This document shows, piece after piece, positions 59,821 through 64,000 of a stretch of DNA of 64,000 bases. How positions within the stretch are numbered: position 1 is the stretch's first letter; every line of letters begins with the position of its first letter. Source of the stretch: Sphingomonas sp. (GTDB lineage Bacteria; Pseudomonadota; Alphaproteobacteria; Sphingomonadales; Sphingomonadaceae); NCBI GenBank assembly GCA_021732465.1, contig JAKFUX010000011.1, forward strand, positions 9,374-73,373. The letters are read 5' to 3'. A program made the translations under genes and the position numbers. Under the pieces are notes generated by a model. It was not told where the DNA came from. It saw only the letters and a program-made list of their open reading frames with translations, and did not search any database.

Positions 59821-62004
59821 ATGCGGAAATTGTTGGGGCGCTTGGGCGCGGGCGTGCTGGTGTTCCTGATCGTCGCTGCAATCGGGCTTGCCGTTTGGGA
59901 GCCGTTGACCGCGACCGCTGCGCCACCGCCGCCGCCGCACCGCTATGATACCCGGATCGTGCGTGACACTTTCGGCGTGCCGCATGTGTTTGGCACCAGT
60001 GACGCCGATGTCAGCTACGGCATCGCCTATGCCCATGCCGAGGATGATTTCACGACGCTCCAGGACGTGCTCGCCATGACACGCGGTCGGTTTGGCGCGC
60101 TGAACGGGCAAGCCGGTGCCGGGGTTGATTTTGCGCTGCGGCTGGTGCGTGCCCGCGAAACGGTGACGCGCGATTACATGAAGCAACCCGCTGACGTTCG
60201 GGCCTTGCTTGATGCCTATGCCGCCGGGCTGAACCATTTTGCTGAAAAACATCCGGGTGAGGTGCGGTTGCGCAACCTGTTTCCCGTCAATGGGCAGGAT
60301 ATTGCTGCCGGGTTCGTGTTGCGATCACCCTTTTTCTTCGGGCTTGATGCCGTGCTGGGCGCGCTGGTCGGCGAAAAGCCATTGCCGGTTGAAACCGCCG
60401 GGCCAACGCCTGATTCGCCAAATATCATGCCGCTGCCGGCCAAGGGGCAGGTCGCCGTCCGCGATGCCGTGCGCGATACGGGGGAGGGCAATATGAACGG
60501 ATCAAACGCATTCGTTGTCGCCCCCAAGCGATCAGCGGACGGCTTTACCCGGCTCGTCTCCAACGCGCATCAGCCCTATCGCGGCGGCGTGGCCTGGTAT
60601 GAACTGGTGGTGCATTCCAAGGCCGGTTGGGATTTTGCCGGGGCAACCTTTCCCGGCGCGCCTTACCCCTTGTTGGGGCACAACAAGACGTTGGGCTGGA
60701 CCAACACCGTCAACCGCCCTGATATGATCGATATCTACAAGCTGGTGCTGAACAAGGATGGCACGCAGTACCGGTTCGATGGCAAATGGCTGCCGCTGGA
60801 ATCGCAGCGTGTATGGTTGCGCGTGAAGCTTTGGGGCCCCTTCGTGCTGCCCGTGCCGCGCACGGCGTATCGCTCTGTCCACGGCCCGGTGATTATCAAC
60901 AAGGACGGCGCGTTCGCCATCCATTATGCCGCGCCCGAACAGCTGGGCATGGTTGAGGAATATTACCGGCTGAACAAGGCGCGCAATTTTGCCGAATGGC
61001 AGGCGGCGCTTTCCAAACAGGCGATCCCGGCGACCAATTTTCTGTATGGCGACGCGGTGGGCAACATCGCCTATTTCTACAATGCCGCCTTTCTGAAGCG
61101 CAAACCCGGTTTTGATTATACGCATATTCTGCCGGGCGATACATCGCGTGCTCTTGATCAGGGAACCGTTCCCTGGGCGAATATTCCGCGCAACATCAAC
61201 CCTGCATCGGGTTTTTTGGTCAACGCCAACAACACGCCCTTTCAGGCGGCAGGGATTGGTTCTGAGCTGAACCCGGCGGATTTCTCCCCTTTATTGGGCA
61301 TTGAAACCGATACCACCAATCGCGGCACAAGGTCGATCGAGCTGATGGGGGCTGATTCATCGATCAGCGCAGCCGACCTTGAAGCGATCAAATATGATAC
61401 CGCAATCAGCCGGGTCGGCTGGGCGGCGCGCTGGTTCAACGAGATTGCCGCGGTTGATCCCAAGGGCGACAAGCTCATCGTCGATGCCCATGCGCTGATG
61501 CAAGGGTGGGACTGGAATTATGACGGCAAGGGTCGCGCCGATGCGCTGGCGGTGCTTCTGCTGCGCAGCGGCAATCGCATCCATTACCCCCGCAAGCCAT
61601 GGCCCGTGGCGCGTGACGAGCTGAAACTCGCGGCCGAGTATCTGATGGAGCATTTTGGCAAGTTAGATCCGTCGCTCGGCACGGTGCTGCGGTTACGGCA
61701 AGGGACCGTCGACCTGCCGATGGATGGCGGCCCCGATGTTTTGCGCGCTACCTCTATCTGGGATGAGGCACCTGATGGCCGTCTGGTGGTAAAGCACGGC
61801 GACAGCTTTGTGATGTTTATCGCGTGGGACAAGGCCGGCAAGGTCAACTCCACCTCAATCCAGCCTTACGGCGCGGCTAGCACACGGCCTGAATCGAAAC
61901 ATTATACGGATCAGATGCCGCTGTTCGTGACGCACCGTACCAAACCCGTCTGGTTTGATCCGGCTAACTTGGCAAAGCACCAGGAGCGCTCGTACCAGCC
62001 CTGA
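59821..62004 (+). CDS. Penicillin acylase family Ntn-hydrolase
   Basis: RDTFGVPHV, YAHAED, GSNA (nucleophile Ser), NAHQP, ANN. Confidence 0.92.
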   Translation: MRKLLGRLGAGVLVFLIVAAIGLAVWEPLTATAAPPPPPHRYDTRIVRDTFGVPHVFGTSDADVSYGIAYAHAEDDFTTLQDVLAMTRGRFGALNGQAGAGVDFALRLVRARETVTRDYMKQPADVRALLDAYAAGLNHFAEKHPGEVRLRNLFPVNGQDIAAGFVLRSPFFFGLDAVLGALVGEKPLPVETAGPTPDSPNIMPLPAKGQVAVRDAVRDTGEGNMNGSNAFVVAPKRSADGFTRLVSNAHQPYRGGVAWYELVVHSKAGWDFAGATFPGAPYPLLGHNKTLGWTNTVNRPDMIDIYKLVLNKDGTQYRFDGKWLPLESQRVWLRVKLWGPFVLPVPRTAYRSVHGPVIINKDGAFAIHYAAPEQLGMVEEYYRLNKARNFAEWQAALSKQAIPATNFLYGDAVGNIAYFYNAAFLKRKPGFDYTHILPGDTSRALDQGTVPWANIPRNINPASGFLVNANNTPFQAAGIGSELNPADFSPLLGIETDTTNRGTRSIELMGADSSISAADLEAIKYDTAISRVGWAARWFNEIAAVDPKGDKLIVDAHALMQGWDWNYDGKGRADALAVLLLRSGNRIHYPRKPWPVARDELKLAAEYLMEHFGKLDPSLGTVLRLRQGTVDLPMDGGPDVLRATSIWDEAPDGRLVVKHGDSFVMFIAWDKAGKVNSTSIQPYGAASTRPESKHYTDQMPLFVTHRTKPVWFDPANLAKHQERSYQP

Positions 62005-62067
62005 TTGTCACACGTAAATTCAATGATATAACCTTTCCGTCTCTACCCGCCCAAAAGGATTCCCCTG

Positions 62068-64000
62068 ATGAAATCGAAGCGTTTTGCGTTGTCTAGCGTC
62101 GCCATTGTTGCGTTGATGATGCCGGTTGCGTCCGGCGCGCGTGCGCCTGAAGCAACAGCGGCACCTGCCCCCGTCGCATCGCTGATCAAAAAGGTCGACA
62201 TCCCCCATCAGCGCTTCACCCTGCCAAATGGTTTGCGCGTCATCGTGCACACCGATCGCAAAGCGCCCGTGGTGGCGGTTTCCGTCTGGTACAATATCGG
62301 GTCGAAGTTTGAACCAAAGGGCCGGACCGGATTTGCGCATTTGTTCGAACATCTGATGTTCAATGGTTCAGAAAATGCACCGGGTGATTTCTTTGAACCG
62401 CTAAAGCAGGTCGGCGCGACCGACCTGAACGGCACCACCAATTTTGATCGCACCAATTATTTCGAAACCGTCCCCACGCCAGCGCTGGAAAAAACGCTGT
62501 TCCTGGAAAGCGACCGGATGGGCTATCTGCTCGGTGCGGTGACGCAGGCTGTGCTCGATGAGCAACGCGGGGTCGTGCAGAACGAAAAGCGTCAGGGCGA
62601 TAACCAGCCTTACGGCCTGTTGCAGTACAAGATTTTCGGCGGGCTTTATCCAGAAGGCCATCCCTATGGCCATACCGTGATCGGGTCGCTGGCGGATCTG
62701 GATGCGGCCAGCCTTGATGATGTGAAGGGCTGGTTCCGCAACCATTATGGGCCGAACAATGCCGTGTTGGTGCTGGCCGGCGATATTGATGTGAAAACCG
62801 CTAAAACGCTTGTTACCAAATATTTCGGCAGCATCGCGCGCGGCCCCGATACCGCGCTGCCCGCCGTGGCGATCCCCACGCTCGCCGCCCCCAAGGCCGA
62901 TGTGATCAAGGACCGGGTTGCGGCTACGCTGGTCACGCGGTTGTGGGCAGTGCCCGGTCTGAACGATCCCGATGCTGCCGGGTTGACGGCGGCGGCATCG
63001 GTACTGGGGGGCTTGTCCAGCTCACGGCTTGCCAATGTGCTGGTACGCAAGGAAAAACTGGCGGTTCAGGCGAGTGCTGGATTTGGAGCGCAGTCGCAGG
63101 CGGGCGTGTTTCAGGTCGTGATGGTCGTGCGCCCCGGCGTCGATGTTGCGCTCGCGAACAAGCGACTGGATGAGGTGATTGCCGATTTTCTGAAAACCGG
63201 GCCAACGGCGGACGAACTGCAACGTACCGTGACATCCAGCGTGACGCGCCGGATTGCAGGGCTGGAATCGGTTGGCGGATTTGGCGGCAAGGCGGTTGCG
63301 TTGGCGTCGGGTGAGCTATTCTCAAACGATCCCGTTTTCTTCAAAAAGCAGCTGGCAGACCTTGCCGCGCAAACCCCCGCCGGGGTGCAGGCGATTGCGC
63401 AAAAATGGCTGTCGCGCCCGGTATATGCCGTTTCGGTGGAAAGCGGCCCGCGTGAAGCGACAGGTGACGTCGCGGTCGCGCCAAAGCCCGCCCCGGCAGC
63501 CCCGGCCGTGCCTTTCCAGGGCACGCGCGGCGCACAGCCGGCCGTTGGTGCGGTGGCCAATCTTGTCTTCCCCAAGGTGGAACGTACGCGGCTGCGCAAC
63601 GGCATCGAGCTGATTTATGCTCAGCGCGATGCCGTGCCGATTACGCGCGCGCAGATCAGCTTTGACGCTGGTGCCACGGCTGATCCTGCCGACAAATTGG
63701 GTGTCCAGCAATTGACCTTGTCGTTGCTGGACGAGGGCACAGTGTCGCGCGATTCGATTGCGATTGCGGAAGAGCGTGAGCGGCTGGGCGTTAGCTTTGG
63801 TGACGGCACCAGCGCAGATCGCACATTCCTGAGCGCATCCTTCCCCAGTGCCAATGTAGCCGGTGGGCTTGATCTTTTTGCCGATGTTGTGCGCAATCCG
63901 GCGTTCCGAGCGGAGGAGGTGGCGCGGCTACGCAACACCCAGCTCGCCGGTATCCAGCAAGAGCTGACCAACCCGCAGGGCCTTGCCGGGCGCGTGCTGC
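62068..64000 (+). CDS. M16 (insulinase/PqqL) zinc peptidase, runs off the window; missing from the ORF track
   Basis: Signal peptide MKSKRFAL.., LPNGLRVIV, GFAHLFEHLMF (HxxEH), ESDRM. Confidence 0.93.
   Translation, partial: MKSKRFALSSVAIVALMMPVASGARAPEATAAPAPVASLIKKVDIPHQRFTLPNGLRVIVHTDRKAPVVAVSVWYNIGSKFEPKGRTGFAHLFEHLMFNGSENAPGDFFEPLKQVGATDLNGTTNFDRTNYFETVPTPALEKTLFLESDRMGYLLGAVTQAVLDEQRGVVQNEKRQGDNQPYGLLQYKIFGGLYPEGHPYGHTVIGSLADLDAASLDDVKGWFRNHYGPNNAVLVLAGDIDVKTAKTLVTKYFGSIARGPDTALPAVAIPTLAAPKADVIKDRVAATLVTRLWAVPGLNDPDAAGLTAAASVLGGLSSSRLANVLVRKEKLAVQASAGFGAQSQAGVFQVVMVVRPGVDVALANKRLDEVIADFLKTGPTADELQRTVTSSVTRRIAGLESVGGFGGKAVALASGELFSNDPVFFKKQLADLAAQTPAGVQAIAQKWLSRPVYAVSVESGPREATGDVAVAPKPAPAAPAVPFQGTRGAQPAVGAVANLVFPKVERTRLRNGIELIYAQRDAVPITRAQISFDAGATADPADKLGVQQLTLSLLDEGTVSRDSIAIAEERERLGVSFGDGTSADRTFLSASFPSANVAGGLDLFADVVRNPAFRAEEVARLRNTQLAGIQQELTNPQGLAGRVL

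Overview
GC-rich alphaproteobacterial chromosome segment, most likely Sphingomonadaceae judging by gene content, order and repeat types. Most of it is core genome: hbd, argB-yggT-folD-marC, rsh/spoT, phaC-phasin-clpS, murA, lgt-NDUFAF7-GNAT-pgeF, hemH, phbB, rpmB, tadA, purD/xseA, clpB, a penicillin acylase and an M16 peptidase. Five features stand out. (1) The left edge (1-2000) looks like an integrative-element junction: a tRNA-3'-like att core with arm-type repeats, an IS3 relic and a cargo methyltransferase. (2) A four-gene glycosylation cassette (12972-17190) encodes GtrB-like, GtrA-like and methyltransferase proteins plus a polytopic GT-C protein. That protein carries colinear counterparts of the STT3/PglB/AglB motifs, with WWDYG changed to FVDLG. 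It is the best candidate for an undescribed system, and two inverted MITE copies bracket the region. (3) The TonB-receptor/clpB locus is present as two fused tandem alleles with different cargo: a TPR-AspH hydroxylase plus a small Cys protein, versus an AT-rich Cys-rich secreted protein. A 469-bp mosaic clpB 3' duplicate and an unannotated decayed TBDR relic mark the fusion. (4) Two genes, a MerR-TipAS regulator and the phasin, have clear internal ribosome-binding sites suggesting two isoforms each. (5) purD and xseA start codons overlap head-to-head. No rRNA, complete tRNA or CRISPR array was seen. All calls come from reading motifs by eye; no searches were run.
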